NCBI GenBank assembly: GCA_965198005.1
Contig: CBDAOI010000004.1
Span: 992,001-1,056,000, forward strand
DNA length: 64,000 nt
Direction of reading: 5' to 3'
Source: Spirochaetia bacterium
GTDB taxonomy: Bacteria > Spirochaetota > Spirochaetia > SZUA-6 > Bin103
A program made the position numbers and the translations under genes. How positions within the stretch are numbered: position 1 is the stretch's first letter; every line of letters begins with the position of its first letter. The notes below the pieces were generated by a model. The model did no database searches and was not told the DNA's origin. It saw only the letters and a program-made list of their open reading frames with translations. Below, one piece after another: positions 11,321 through 20,484 of this stretch.

Positions 11321-13153
11321 CTAGAACGTCAGAGACGCGCGTGCCGAAAGCACGCCTGACTTGAGCCCTTTGCTGCGCTCTGCCGGAACGTAGAGCAGAT
11401 CGGAATAGGCCACCTCCAACTCGATCCCGTCCCGCCGCAGGCGCATCCCGAGCGTGGCGCCGGCCAGATGGCCCAGCGCGATTCCATAGTGCTGCTGCGG
11501 CAACACCTGACCAAGATCGAGCCCCACGTATGGCTCCATGAGCCTGCTCCCGCTGCTCCCGCCGGAAGAGTTGGCGGCCGGCAGCCGGAGCGAGAACTCG
11601 TTGCGCAGCAGCAGCGCCAGGTTGCCGGACAGCACCGCCTCGCGGACTCCGCGAACACTGCCCGGTCCCCCCAGCGCCATCTGTTGCGCGCCGAACAACC
11701 GATCGGGGGACCACTGCCCGGACAGGGATGCGCTATACAGCGCGGTGAGCGGTCCCAGACCGATCGGGTGTACGTGGCTCAACGAACCGGTGAGCTTGCG
11801 GAACTGGGCCCGCGGAGCATCCGTCGCGCGCGGGTCGTCGCGCACCGCGCCCAGAATGTCCAGCCCGTGCTCCAGCCCAAGCGAAGCGGTCGCCTGTCCA
11901 CCCCAGAGCTGCAGGGCGAACACCAAGTCGATAGCCGCACTCGACGTGGTTCGGCTCGACACGTCTACCCGCTGTTCGGCGACGAAGTTCTCCGTCTGCC
12001 GCCAGCTCAACGCCGCCGCCGCCGACACCTTCGCCACCTCGTCCCGGTAGATGACCCGCGTCAGCTGCCCCCGCACCGTCGTAGAGCTTCCCGAGGTCTT
12101 GATGTCGGCAATCTGACCGGCCAACAGCGACTGATACTGATTCCAGGTCCCGCTGACGGCGAGTGCCCAGTAGCCGTAGGGGAGCGCCAGGTCGCCGGTC
12201 ACGGTGTCGCTGAACGGCGGCCGGCCTGAGAAGTCCAGCGGATGTCCCGCCATGCTGCGCTGATAGCTGGCGGACCACCGATCGTTGATGCCCAGAAGAT
12301 CGTCGTAGCCGAGCGCCAGCCGCGTCTGCTGCTGCCCGGTGAAGGCGCCGCCCAGGTTGTCGGTAGCTACGGCCGCGTGCCAGCGCTTTCCCTGGTCCGT
12401 GCTCACCTGCAACACCGAGCCACCCAGCTCCGCGCCGGCGGCGAGTTCAATGGTTGCCTGGTTCGACGGCAGCCGATTGAGCTGATCCAGCCCCTGCTCC
12501 AGGTCGCGCAAGTTCAGGAGCCTTCCTTCCAACCGGGGAAAGGCGGCGCCGATCCGTCCAGCGTGCCGTCCCGGCTCTCCGTTCATCACGATCCGCTCAA
12601 GGAACCCTTCCACGACCACGATCTCGAGCGATCCGTCACTCAGGTCCTGTTCCGGCAGATACGCTCGCGAGGTGACGTAGCCTTGCTCGACGTAGAGAAA
12701 CGAGAGCTGTTGCAGCACGCCGTTGAGGTCTTCGACGGCGAGGCAACGGTTTTCGTATGCTGCAACGACCGCATCGATGGCGCTGGCGGTCAGGAGGGTT
12801 ACCCCATCGACTCGTATGTGGCGGAGGTCGACGCACTCGCTGCCGGCCGGAGGTGTCGGCACGCCGGGCTCCTCCGGCCACCGTCCCGCCGGCGGGCGGG
12901 TGCGTTCAAGTTGCTGTTGCCGATGCCGGTCGCGTTCCTGCTCCGCCTGAAACCGTAGAATCTCTTCAGCCTGCGTCGCGGCCGGCTCGGTACCCGGATC
13001 CGTGCCGGCGAGGACCGGCGCATGAAACAACAGGACCGCCAGCCATAGTGGCGCGCAGGCGGCACTGCGGTTGCGTCGCCGACCGCCCACGCAGCCGCTC
13101 AAGCGAGGCAGCGCGCGTTTTGCGTCAAAGTCACTCGGGATCGGTAATTGCAA
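11321..13153 (-). CDS. TpsB (ShlB/FhaC/HecB/CdiB family) outer-membrane transporter
   Basis: POTRA motifs (YVEQGYVTSRAYLPEQDL, LNLRDLEQGLDQLNRL), SVRGV loop and C-terminal Phe; directly upstream of TpsA. Start uncertain. Confidence 0.93.
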   Translation of the reverse strand: MQLPIPSDFDAKRALPRLSGCVGGRRRNRSAACAPLWLAVLLFHAPVLAGTDPGTEPAATQAEEILRFQAEQERDRHRQQQLERTRPPAGRWPEEPGVPTPPAGSECVDLRHIRVDGVTLLTASAIDAVVAAYENRCLAVEDLNGVLQQLSFLYVEQGYVTSRAYLPEQDLSDGSLEIVVVEGFLERIVMNGEPGRHAGRIGAAFPRLEGRLLNLRDLEQGLDQLNRLPSNQATIELAAGAELGGSVLQVSTDQGKRWHAAVATDNLGGAFTGQQQTRLALGYDDLLGINDRWSASYQRSMAGHPLDFSGRPPFSDTVTGDLALPYGYWALAVSGTWNQYQSLLAGQIADIKTSGSSTTVRGQLTRVIYRDEVAKVSAAAALSWRQTENFVAEQRVDVSSRTTSSAAIDLVFALQLWGGQATASLGLEHGLDILGAVRDDPRATDAPRAQFRKLTGSLSHVHPIGLGPLTALYSASLSGQWSPDRLFGAQQMALGGPGSVRGVREAVLSGNLALLLRNEFSLRLPAANSSGGSSGSRLMEPYVGLDLGQVLPQQHYGIALGHLAGATLGMRLRRDGIELEVAYSDLLYVPAERSKGLKSGVLSARASLTF

Positions 13154-13462
13154 TTCGCAAAGCCCCCTTTCGATGAGTGTGCTTCAAGCGCTCAGATACC
13201 GCCGGACGCAATCGGAGCAGCATATCATGTAATTTGTGACACGTCTCGGGCCGACGCCAGTGTCATTCGTATCGCGGAGGAGTTGTGGCGCAACGCCGCG
13301 AGCCTGGTCGGGTCCTCCACGTTCGAGGACGCCGTGGAGGCGGGAGTGGTGGCCGACAGCGCCGCGGATGGCGAGTCGCCGTTGGCGCAAGTACGCGGGA
13401 TTGGGCCGTTGAGACCGGCCGCGTTTGCCTCCGCGTCAGGGTGTCGGGTACCTTCCGATCAG

Positions 13463-14842
13463 ATGGCTTCTGTTTCCACCTTGACCATACCCTTGGCGCC
13501 GGGACTGCCGCTCGTGGGCAACCTGCGGCCGATGCTCACGGCCGTGGGCAAGTTCTTTACCACGCAATACTTGCGGTTGGGACCGGTGTTCCGCGTACCG
13601 ATCCTGAATCAGCGCCCGCTGGTGCTGGCGGGTCCCGAAGCGAATGCGCTGATGAAGCAGCGGGGCCACCAACTGTTTTCCTCCAGGGAAGCGATGCGCG
13701 ACATCCACCAGGTGCTGGGCGGCGACAACCCGACGCTGATCGAGCTGGACGGTCCCGATCACCGCACCATGCGCGCCGGGCTCAAGGAAGGCTACTCCGG
13801 CCGGACGCTGTACGCGCAGATGGAGAAGCTGGTCCGGAGCCAACTCGCCATGGTGCACGCCTGGCCGCGCCAAACCCCGATTCCGGCGTTCCCGTACGTG
13901 AAACGGCTGGTCTCATCGCTGCTGGGATACATGGCGACCAACCAGGAACCCGATGAGGTCATGGATGACCTGATCTACTTCTTTCGGGCGCTGGTGCAGA
14001 TCCACATCCGCAGGGTATGGCCCGGTTTCATGCAGCACCTGCCGCGCTACGTCTCGTCCAGGCGCTCCGTGCTGGAAATGGCGCGCCGCATCTGGGACCA
14101 GCATCACGTGGGCGGTCATCCGCCACGCGACGGCGACTTCGTGGCCCTGATTCGCCGGTTCCACGCCGAGCATCCGCGGCTGATGAGCGAACGGGACGCC
14201 GTGGCCTCCCTGATCGGGCCGTTCATAGCGGGCATGGATACCGCGGCCAGCGCCACCTCCCTGCTGCTGTTCCACATCCTGCGCGACCCGGAGCTGCAGC
14301 GGGCGGTGGTCGCGGAAGCGGACTTGGCGTTCGCCTCGGGCTTCCCCGATCGCGACTCGCTGCGGCGGATGGTCCGGACGCGGTGGGCGGCGATGGAGGT
14401 ACTGCGGCTGCATCCGCCGGCCCCGGCCCTCACCCGCACCACCACCGCCGCCTTCGAGTTCCAGGGGTACGAGATTCCGAAGGACGAGTATTGCATCATC
14501 GCCAACACGGTGACCCATCACCTGCCGGAGTACTTTCCGGACCCGGAACGGTTCGACGTGAATCGCTACGCTCCCGAGCGCAAGGAGCACGTGCAGCCGA
14601 ACGCGTACTGCCCGTACGGCCTCGGTCCGCACACCTGCCTGGGCGCGACCACCGCCGATCTGCTGTATCTGGTCATCAGCGCCGTGCTGTTTCGCCACTT
14701 TCACGTGGCGATGCAGCCGCCGGACCAAGCCCTGCACATCGTCATGAACCCGCTGCCGGCCCCGGACGACCGGTTCCGGATCAGCGTCACCGGCGAGCGC
14801 TGCCCGCCGCCGCGGTCACCCGGCCAGGCTCCACCTTCCTGA
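13463..14842 (+). CDS. Cytochrome P450
   Basis: I-helix AGMDT, EVLR (ExxR), PERF and heme motif PYGLGPHTCLG; ATG 13463 preferred over the track start. Confidence 0.95.
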   Translation: MASVSTLTIPLAPGLPLVGNLRPMLTAVGKFFTTQYLRLGPVFRVPILNQRPLVLAGPEANALMKQRGHQLFSSREAMRDIHQVLGGDNPTLIELDGPDHRTMRAGLKEGYSGRTLYAQMEKLVRSQLAMVHAWPRQTPIPAFPYVKRLVSSLLGYMATNQEPDEVMDDLIYFFRALVQIHIRRVWPGFMQHLPRYVSSRRSVLEMARRIWDQHHVGGHPPRDGDFVALIRRFHAEHPRLMSERDAVASLIGPFIAGMDTAASATSLLLFHILRDPELQRAVVAEADLAFASGFPDRDSLRRMVRTRWAAMEVLRLHPPAPALTRTTTAAFEFQGYEIPKDEYCIIANTVTHHLPEYFPDPERFDVNRYAPERKEHVQPNAYCPYGLGPHTCLGATTADLLYLVISAVLFRHFHVAMQPPDQALHIVMNPLPAPDDRFRISVTGERCPPPRSPGQAPPS

Positions 14843-14885
14843 CCGGCCTTGCGAGCACCGGCGGTGCCGTGCGACGGAAGCGCCG

Positions 14886-15105
14886 ATGGCGACGCGCGGG
14901 CCTCGGGTGCGCCGGTTCATTCTCAACTGCGACCGGTCAACCGACGTGCAGTCGGACTGGACGTTGGAGGACGCCGTGGAGGCGGGGGTGGGTGGTGGCC
15001 GACAGCGCCGTGCGGCCGGCCGATCAGAGACCAGGGCACGACCGGCACCTGCGTCGGGTTCGCCGCCGCCGACGGCGTGCTCCACTGGCACTACTGCGAC
15101 CCGCG
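14886..15105 (+). pseudogene. N-terminal fragment of a papain-like (C1) cysteine peptidase
   Basis: PIRDQGTTGTCVGFAAA matches the Q-G-x-x-G-x-C catalytic segment; frameshifted and truncated. Confidence 0.65.
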
Positions 15106-15130
15106 TGCGCATCGACGGACTTCTCGGCGG

Positions 15131-15556
15131 CTACCGGCGCAGGGTGCCGCTGAGCGTCAGCGTATGTTCCGGTGCTGCGGCGGTTTCGTTGCGGCTGCCC
15201 TCCAGAGCGACGTTGAAGGAGGAGTCGAGTTGGTAGCGCGTACCGAGCTGCCAGGTGCGCGCCCCGCCGTGGGAAACCGTCAGCCCCGCGTACGGGGTCA
15301 GCAGAGCGCGCCCGTCGAGCAGGTCGATCCCGTAGCCCAGCTCGGCGTCGACTCGGCCGGCGATATCCGAATGGTCGGGCGCCGTTGCCAGACGCGAAGC
15401 GTCCGGCAACGACCACAGCTCTGCCGCAGCCATCGTGGCGGTCCCCCAGGACGGCGCCACGCTCAGCGCCAAGCCGCGGTCCGGCGCACCGGGATCGAGC
15501 CGGAGCGAGCCGCCGGCCCCCCATTCGCGGAAGCCATCGCTCTGGTGCAGCAGCAA
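15131..15556 (-). pseudogene. C-terminal beta-barrel (autotransporter-like) fragment of a surface protein
   Basis: REWGAGGSLRLDP..GLALSVAPSWG..DAELGYG..LTPYAGL amphipathic strands; 5' part replaced by transposase sequence. Confidence 0.65.
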
Positions 15557-15559
15557 CCC

Positions 15560-15775
15560 CGCTCAACTGCTTCGGCAGTCGCTCCAGGCTGCTCGCCGAG
15601 GGACTCATGTTGCCCAACGCGTCCAGGATCTGGGCTCCCTCCCGCGGCGTCACCTGGGCCACCAGAAAGCTCGCTTGGTGTGCCGCCCGCGGCGTCCAGT
15701 GACCGCCGATGATGCCCGCCTGCAACTCCAGCGGCACCACTGCCGGCTGCTCCTTGCCGGCGCGGTACAAGGTCC
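15560..15775 (-). pseudogene. Transposase fragment (possibly ISKra4-like)
   Basis: PLELQAGIIGGHWTPRAA..VTPRE..MSPSASSLERLPK resembles DDE transposase N-terminal regions; family tentative. Confidence 0.45.
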
Positions 15776-15777
15776 GG

Positions 15778-15943
15778 TTCGTGGCGCAGCGGGTGATCGA
15801 CGAGTGGATCGAGTTCTACAACGAGGTACGACCCCCACCCCCTGTTACCGCCACCTGTTCTTGAGAAGGAGGGGTGGGTTGACAACCAACGGAATACACC
15901 TTAACCTACCCCCCGGGCTGTCCAACGAACCGGGACCACCTCA
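15778..15943 (+). mobile_element. Internally deleted right end of the IS3-family element at 37598-39032
   Basis: Matches ~38672-38727 fused to ~38919-39032 and ends in IRR gggaccacctca. Confidence 0.9.
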
Positions 15944-15983
15944 CCCCTCGGGCGGACCGAGCCCCGGCAGCAGGAGGATCACG

Positions 15984-16214
15984 TTGTCTGTTGAATGGGT
16001 CGCAGTGCTGGTCACTATCGTCGCCGTCGGTGTCACCACCACCGCAGCCGTGGTTACCGGGTTCCGTCGGCTCAATGACCGGATCGACGCGGGCTTCGCC
16101 GAAGCAACTCGGGAACGCGCCGAGATCCGCGAACGCTTGGCGCACCTGGAAGGGACGCTCGACGTACTCCGTTCTTACTTCGCGCCTCGACAGCGCGACG
16201 AAGGCGCCGCCTGA
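15984..16214 (+). CDS. Small membrane-anchored coiled-coil protein (76 aa)
   Basis: RBS aggagg at ~15972, TTG start, N-terminal hydrophobic helix, then RLNDRIDAGF..ERLAHLEG coiled coil. Confidence 0.7.
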   Translation: MSVEWVAVLVTIVAVGVTTTAAVVTGFRRLNDRIDAGFAEATRERAEIRERLAHLEGTLDVLRSYFAPRQRDEGAA

Positions 16215-16334
16215 TGCTCCCGAGCGCGTTCGCTTGCGACCGTCAGGAATAGATAGGGTATATAGAAAACCGACATATATTATATAGGTTTAATGGGAAG
16301 GAGGGGGGGGGGAATATGGTCCCCTTCTATTCGG

Positions 16335-16784
16335 TCAGCTGCGACGTTGCGCGTTGTAGATATAAATCATGGGCTGCCCAATACACGAACAAGGTCCAAG
16401 ACGAACCTCTTGTAATGGTAGCACTGACGCTCTAGCAGTTTGACCTTGGTAGCTGTATGGCGGCAGAATCGCTCCCACCGTATGCTGCCGGAATTGAGAC
16501 ATCGACAGGTTGTCTGCATCCAGATGGGCTACTATCGCATCACATCTTCTCAAGCCATTAGCGAATATATCGCCCAGGAGTTTTTGGCGCTCTCCTGGTT
16601 CCTTACTGAGCCATGCTAGCACCATCGTACAGCCTTGTATATCTTTGGAAGTCTGATCCGTATGTTCCGGTATCTTGCGAAAGGTAATATCGGAGAACCC
16701 ACGCTCCACGAGAGACTTTCGGACATACCACTCAATCGCAATTCGATCCGTTGGACCTTCGCACACTAGTCCTATTAGCGGCAT
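16335..16784 (-). CDS. TOPRIM-like partner protein (DUF4276/RloB-like), C-terminus probably truncated
   Basis: IGLVCEGPTD and HLDAD acidic motifs; 6 bp downstream of the ATPase. Confidence 0.6.
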   Translation of the reverse strand: MPLIGLVCEGPTDRIAIEWYVRKSLVERGFSDITFRKIPEHTDQTSKDIQGCTMVLAWLSKEPGERQKLLGDIFANGLRRCDAIVAHLDADNLSMSQFRQHTVGAILPPYSYQGQTARASVLPLQEVRLGPCSCIGQPMIYIYNAQRRS

Positions 16785-16790
16785 GTTCGT

Positions 16791-18083
16791 CTAAAGGTGG
16801 TCGGGGCCAAGGGCGCCTTCTATGGTACCTTCGATCCAGAGTTTTGACAGACTGTTACCATGGTGCGTTGCTACCCAATCTTCGCGGGTCACACCATCCG
16901 CTGGTTTCAACCGAGTAATTTCTGTGTGCCCAATATTGTTTCGACTGACAACGAACACGCGCTGCTCGCTTTCAAACAGATCAAACGCATCCAGAGCCGT
17001 TGGGTTATGGCTTGTAAGAAAGACTTGACGTGGACCGCACTCAAATTCTTTGGTAGATGCTTCCGCCGTGGTTTCGATTATCTTCTCTATCATCTTGCGG
17101 GTCATCGCTGGATTGAGGCCGTTGTCAACATTGTCAAGGGCGAAGATCTTAGGGCTATCAGAGTGAACAAGTAGAACCGCGACAAAAAGTAGAAACAGAG
17201 TGCCTTCGCTGCTGTCATATACTGACAGCCGCTTCCTGCTGTGTTCCATGTACTTATCCTCAAAGTACAACATCGACTGTTTCTGCCCCTTTCCTACTAC
17301 AGCGCGAGACACAAGGCGGTCATCAATATCGCCTACCTGCACGAAATTGGCCCAACCAGGGAGAAAAGCCAGTTGAAGAGCGTAATCCTGCAAGTCTCCC
17401 TCCGGCGTATTGCGTATTGAACCTAGATGCTCTAAGAGGCTTTTGACAGCGGCTGGCAGACCTTCGCCATGTAATCCTACCGATTCTACCGGAAATAGAC
17501 GTGCGGCCTGACCGCGCAGAAACTCAACCTGCGGTGCATAGATAGCATACTTTGAAAGAGTCTCCAGTGCGTCTTGCACCCCACCAAGATTAGAAGCAAT
17601 AGGACGAATCGGCTCCCAAATGCCTTGAACTGGAGCAAGATCGGAAAACAATATGGGTCCGTTCTTCAGTTCCCCGGATTGCTTCAGTTCCCCGGATTGC
17701 TTTGTGCGGCGAAATATCTCCTGGTCGTCTTTATTGCAGGACTCAGACACTATCGACAAGCGACGATCATCGTCTACGCTTTCTAATTCAACTTCGTAAT
17801 CGATGTCACCAGACATTTTCACAGATAGGACAAATGACTTCTCTTCGTCCACCATAGACCGAAATGAAGAGGTCATTAGAGGAGGTGGTGTGATGCGAAG
17901 TCCTTTATTCTGCAATTCCTGGTCACCGACGCCACGATCAACGGAAGCGGACGCTACGCCAATTGCTTCAAGCACATTTGACTTACCTGCACCGTTGCTG
18001 CCAATGAACATATTTACACGGCCAAGATCCAGTTCCGCTTTGCAAATGGATTTGAACCGCTGAATCGATATTCTCTCAATCAA
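16791..18083 (-). CDS. ABC-type ATPase (AAA_21/AAA_15-like), defence-associated type
   Basis: Walker A GSNGAGKS, signature-like SSEGT, Walker B variant ALDNVDNGL, H-loop TSH; lower GC than flanks. Confidence 0.9.
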   Translation of the reverse strand: MIERISIQRFKSICKAELDLGRVNMFIGSNGAGKSNVLEAIGVASASVDRGVGDQELQNKGLRITPPPLMTSSFRSMVDEEKSFVLSVKMSGDIDYEVELESVDDDRRLSIVSESCNKDDQEIFRRTKQSGELKQSGELKNGPILFSDLAPVQGIWEPIRPIASNLGGVQDALETLSKYAIYAPQVEFLRGQAARLFPVESVGLHGEGLPAAVKSLLEHLGSIRNTPEGDLQDYALQLAFLPGWANFVQVGDIDDRLVSRAVVGKGQKQSMLYFEDKYMEHSRKRLSVYDSSEGTLFLLFVAVLLVHSDSPKIFALDNVDNGLNPAMTRKMIEKIIETTAEASTKEFECGPRQVFLTSHNPTALDAFDLFESEQRVFVVSRNNIGHTEITRLKPADGVTREDWVATHHGNSLSKLWIEGTIEGALGPDHL

Positions 18084-18539
18084 AGTTCTTGCACCTGTCT
18101 GGCCGCAGGTCTCTACGCTGCGACTGAGTCGTCAGCACATTAGTAAGGGTATGAGAACTACTTGTCAAGACAATTCCATACAGTACAACAGGTAACAAGC
18201 AAGCGTGAGTGATACGATTGATACGCGTAGGTGAAAGCGCCCTGAAGCAGGATCGCCTCTCGAGAGTAGCTCTTGACATACGGTAAATCGCTAACGGACA
18301 AGGTTTTAGCAATTAGATAGGGTAGTTTGTTTCCTGTTGCTCCAGGCCGCGGTGGGACGGCGAGGCAGCCGGCAGCTTATCCTGGATTCGTGAGTCCGGT
18401 GAGGCGTTGGGGTCCGTCGCGATGCGCCCACCTATGGTGATTGCCAAGCCCCGGGGATGGCTCCGGACGGTAGGTATTGCTCCAAGACCTACCGAAAGCG
18501 CCGAATAACGCTTGACGGGGTTGCGCCACCCCTAGCGCG

Positions 18540-18847
18540 CGGAGACCCGCATGATGGCGCCTGTGATCAGTGCCCAGGGCAAGAAACTGAATGCCCGCAG
18601 GCTGCTGCGCGCGTTGCTGACCTCCGCCGCCAACATCATTCCCGAGCCGGACAAGGGAATTCTGCGGATCCAGCTTCTGGGCCTCGGCAGCGACGCCTGC
18701 GACCGCATGCTCGCTCCCCTGATCGAGGAACTCAACGCAACCACCCGCACGATCTATCCCGGCACCGAACTCAGGCTCGTCTACGAGTTGGCCGGCGACC
18801 CACAGCCGACCGTCTCACCTGATTCCGGCTGACGTCAGGAAGTCTGA
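18540..18847 (+). pseudogene. C-terminal transposase remnant with probable element end
   Basis: ARRLLRALL..IEELNATT..YPGTELRLVY followed by tcaggaagtctga; no N-terminal part. Confidence 0.55.
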
Positions 18848-19359
18848 ACCTACCCGATTTCCCCAGTTCAACCCCCGGGCTGCCGTTGTCCCCAGCTCTC
18901 TATCCGTCGATTCCGTCGCAGGTAGGCGTAGCTGGAGCGTTCCACTGTTGTTGACAGCATTTCCGGGAAGTGCTATCGTGTATGCATGACGTTGTCGGGG
19001 GGTGGCTGTACGACCGCCTCTGTTGGTCTGGTGACGGTGGGGGCTGGATTCGCACCCTGTGCGTATCATGTTCAGCACCTAAACTGAGCGGAGGGCACAC
19101 TGATGGCAGGTCGATTGGGAAAAGAGGCATGCTCACAGTCAGCGTCTGTCCGCCTCCCAGTAACGACATAGTGTTTGTCGCGAACCTTGAGGACGCAGAA
19201 GTTCGTGGTAGAGAACGGTGGGCCAACAGGTTGCCCCAACTGGTCAGTTGCTGCTTCAATCGAGTGAAAGGCTGGCGTTGAGTGAACTGGCGTACATTCG
19301 CAAGGTTCGCCTACGATCAAGGTAGTCGACCAACCGTAACGAGACCGAGGAGCAATGGA

Positions 19360-20454
19360 ATGTCGACGAATGATAGTGATCCCAATACGCGCACGCCCGT
19401 GAGCCGGAATCTGAGCATGTGCGAGCTGCCTGTTGTTTCGGAACGTCCGCTCGACGCGGGAATCGATCCGAACCGAGCATCTCTTATTCGTGACGTCGAG
19501 AAAAAGTGGGCGAACGGGACAGTACTCCACTTCCATTTTTTTGATCAGCCAAGTCAGTGGGGAGGAGACGACCGACAGAAGGATGTGGTTCGCGAGTCTC
19601 TTGATTCCTGGAAAGACCTCGGCATCGGACTTGAATTCGAAGAGGTCGCGGACGCCACGGACGCAGAGATTCGAATTGGTTTCGACCACTCTGCTGGTTC
19701 GTGGTCTTATGTAGGGCGCGACGCGATCGATCTCGTTGACGACCCTACGAAGCGCACGATGAACTTCGGATGGGATCTAACGACACCTTACGGTCGCGAG
19801 ACCGCACTGCACGAGATCGGACACGCTCTTGGCTTTCCGCATGAACATCAGAACCCGAACTCAGGGATTGTTTGGGACGAACCGGCGGTGTACAAGCATT
19901 TCGCCAAACCACCGAACTCGTGGGGTCCGAGAAAGACCCATTGGAACGTGATCAGGAAGCTTGACCCGAATGTCGTGGAAGGGTCCCCTTGGGACAAAGA
20001 TTCGATAATGCACTATCGCTTTGAAGCAGGTTTGATTCTCCAGCCCGAGCAATATCAGAGTACCGCTCTCATTCCCGACGCTGGACTCTCCGCCCGCGAC
20101 GTGGAAGAGGTCAGGAGATTCTATCCAGCCCAAGACCGCAGTGGTCGACTTGCCGAGTTGGAGCCATATTCTTCACGCAAGTTGGAGATTGCGGCTGGAG
20201 AGCAACTTGACTTCGTGATCAAGCCAGATCGTAGCCGGAGGTATACGATTCAAACATTCGGAAGCCTCGACACCGTAATCGTTCTTTTTCAAGACCTCGA
20301 CGGCACGCCGGCGTACGTGGCCGGGGACGACGACGGCGGCACGAGCCGCAACGCTCGGCTCCAACTTCGTCTCATCAGAGGTGCAACGTACATTTTGAGG
20401 CTGAGACTCTACTGGTCTTCGGCTACCGGCGAGAGCGCCGTGATGTTGTGGTAG
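19360..20454 (+). CDS. M12A astacin-like zinc metalloprotease with C-terminal PPC-like domain
   Basis: HEIGHALGFPHEHQ zinc motif, SIMHY Met-turn, DDDGG..NARL C-terminal domain; RBS gaggag before ATG 19360; no obvious signal peptide. Confidence 0.92.
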   Translation: MSTNDSDPNTRTPVSRNLSMCELPVVSERPLDAGIDPNRASLIRDVEKKWANGTVLHFHFFDQPSQWGGDDRQKDVVRESLDSWKDLGIGLEFEEVADATDAEIRIGFDHSAGSWSYVGRDAIDLVDDPTKRTMNFGWDLTTPYGRETALHEIGHALGFPHEHQNPNSGIVWDEPAVYKHFAKPPNSWGPRKTHWNVIRKLDPNVVEGSPWDKDSIMHYRFEAGLILQPEQYQSTALIPDAGLSARDVEEVRRFYPAQDRSGRLAELEPYSSRKLEIAAGEQLDFVIKPDRSRRYTIQTFGSLDTVIVLFQDLDGTPAYVAGDDDGGTSRNARLQLRLIRGATYILRLRLYWSSATGESAVMLW

Positions 20455-20484
20455 AGTTATTCTCGCTAAACTGGATATGAATAC

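Noticed and set aside
13-11364. Many long plus-strand ORFs, e.g. 1687-5244
   Set aside because: Antisense shadows of the GC-rich repetitive TpsA gene; no motifs.
13148-13462. N-terminal extension of the P450
   Set aside because: It overlaps the divergent promoter region and contains a peptidase-derived repeat; ATG 13463 gives a normal length.
16303-16312. G10 tract as a phase-variation switch
   Set aside because: It lies downstream of convergent genes with no clear target, and homopolymer length is unreliable.
17664-17699. 18-bp tandem duplication (KQSGEL x2) in the ATPase
   Set aside because: In-frame slippage in a probable loop; no evident function.
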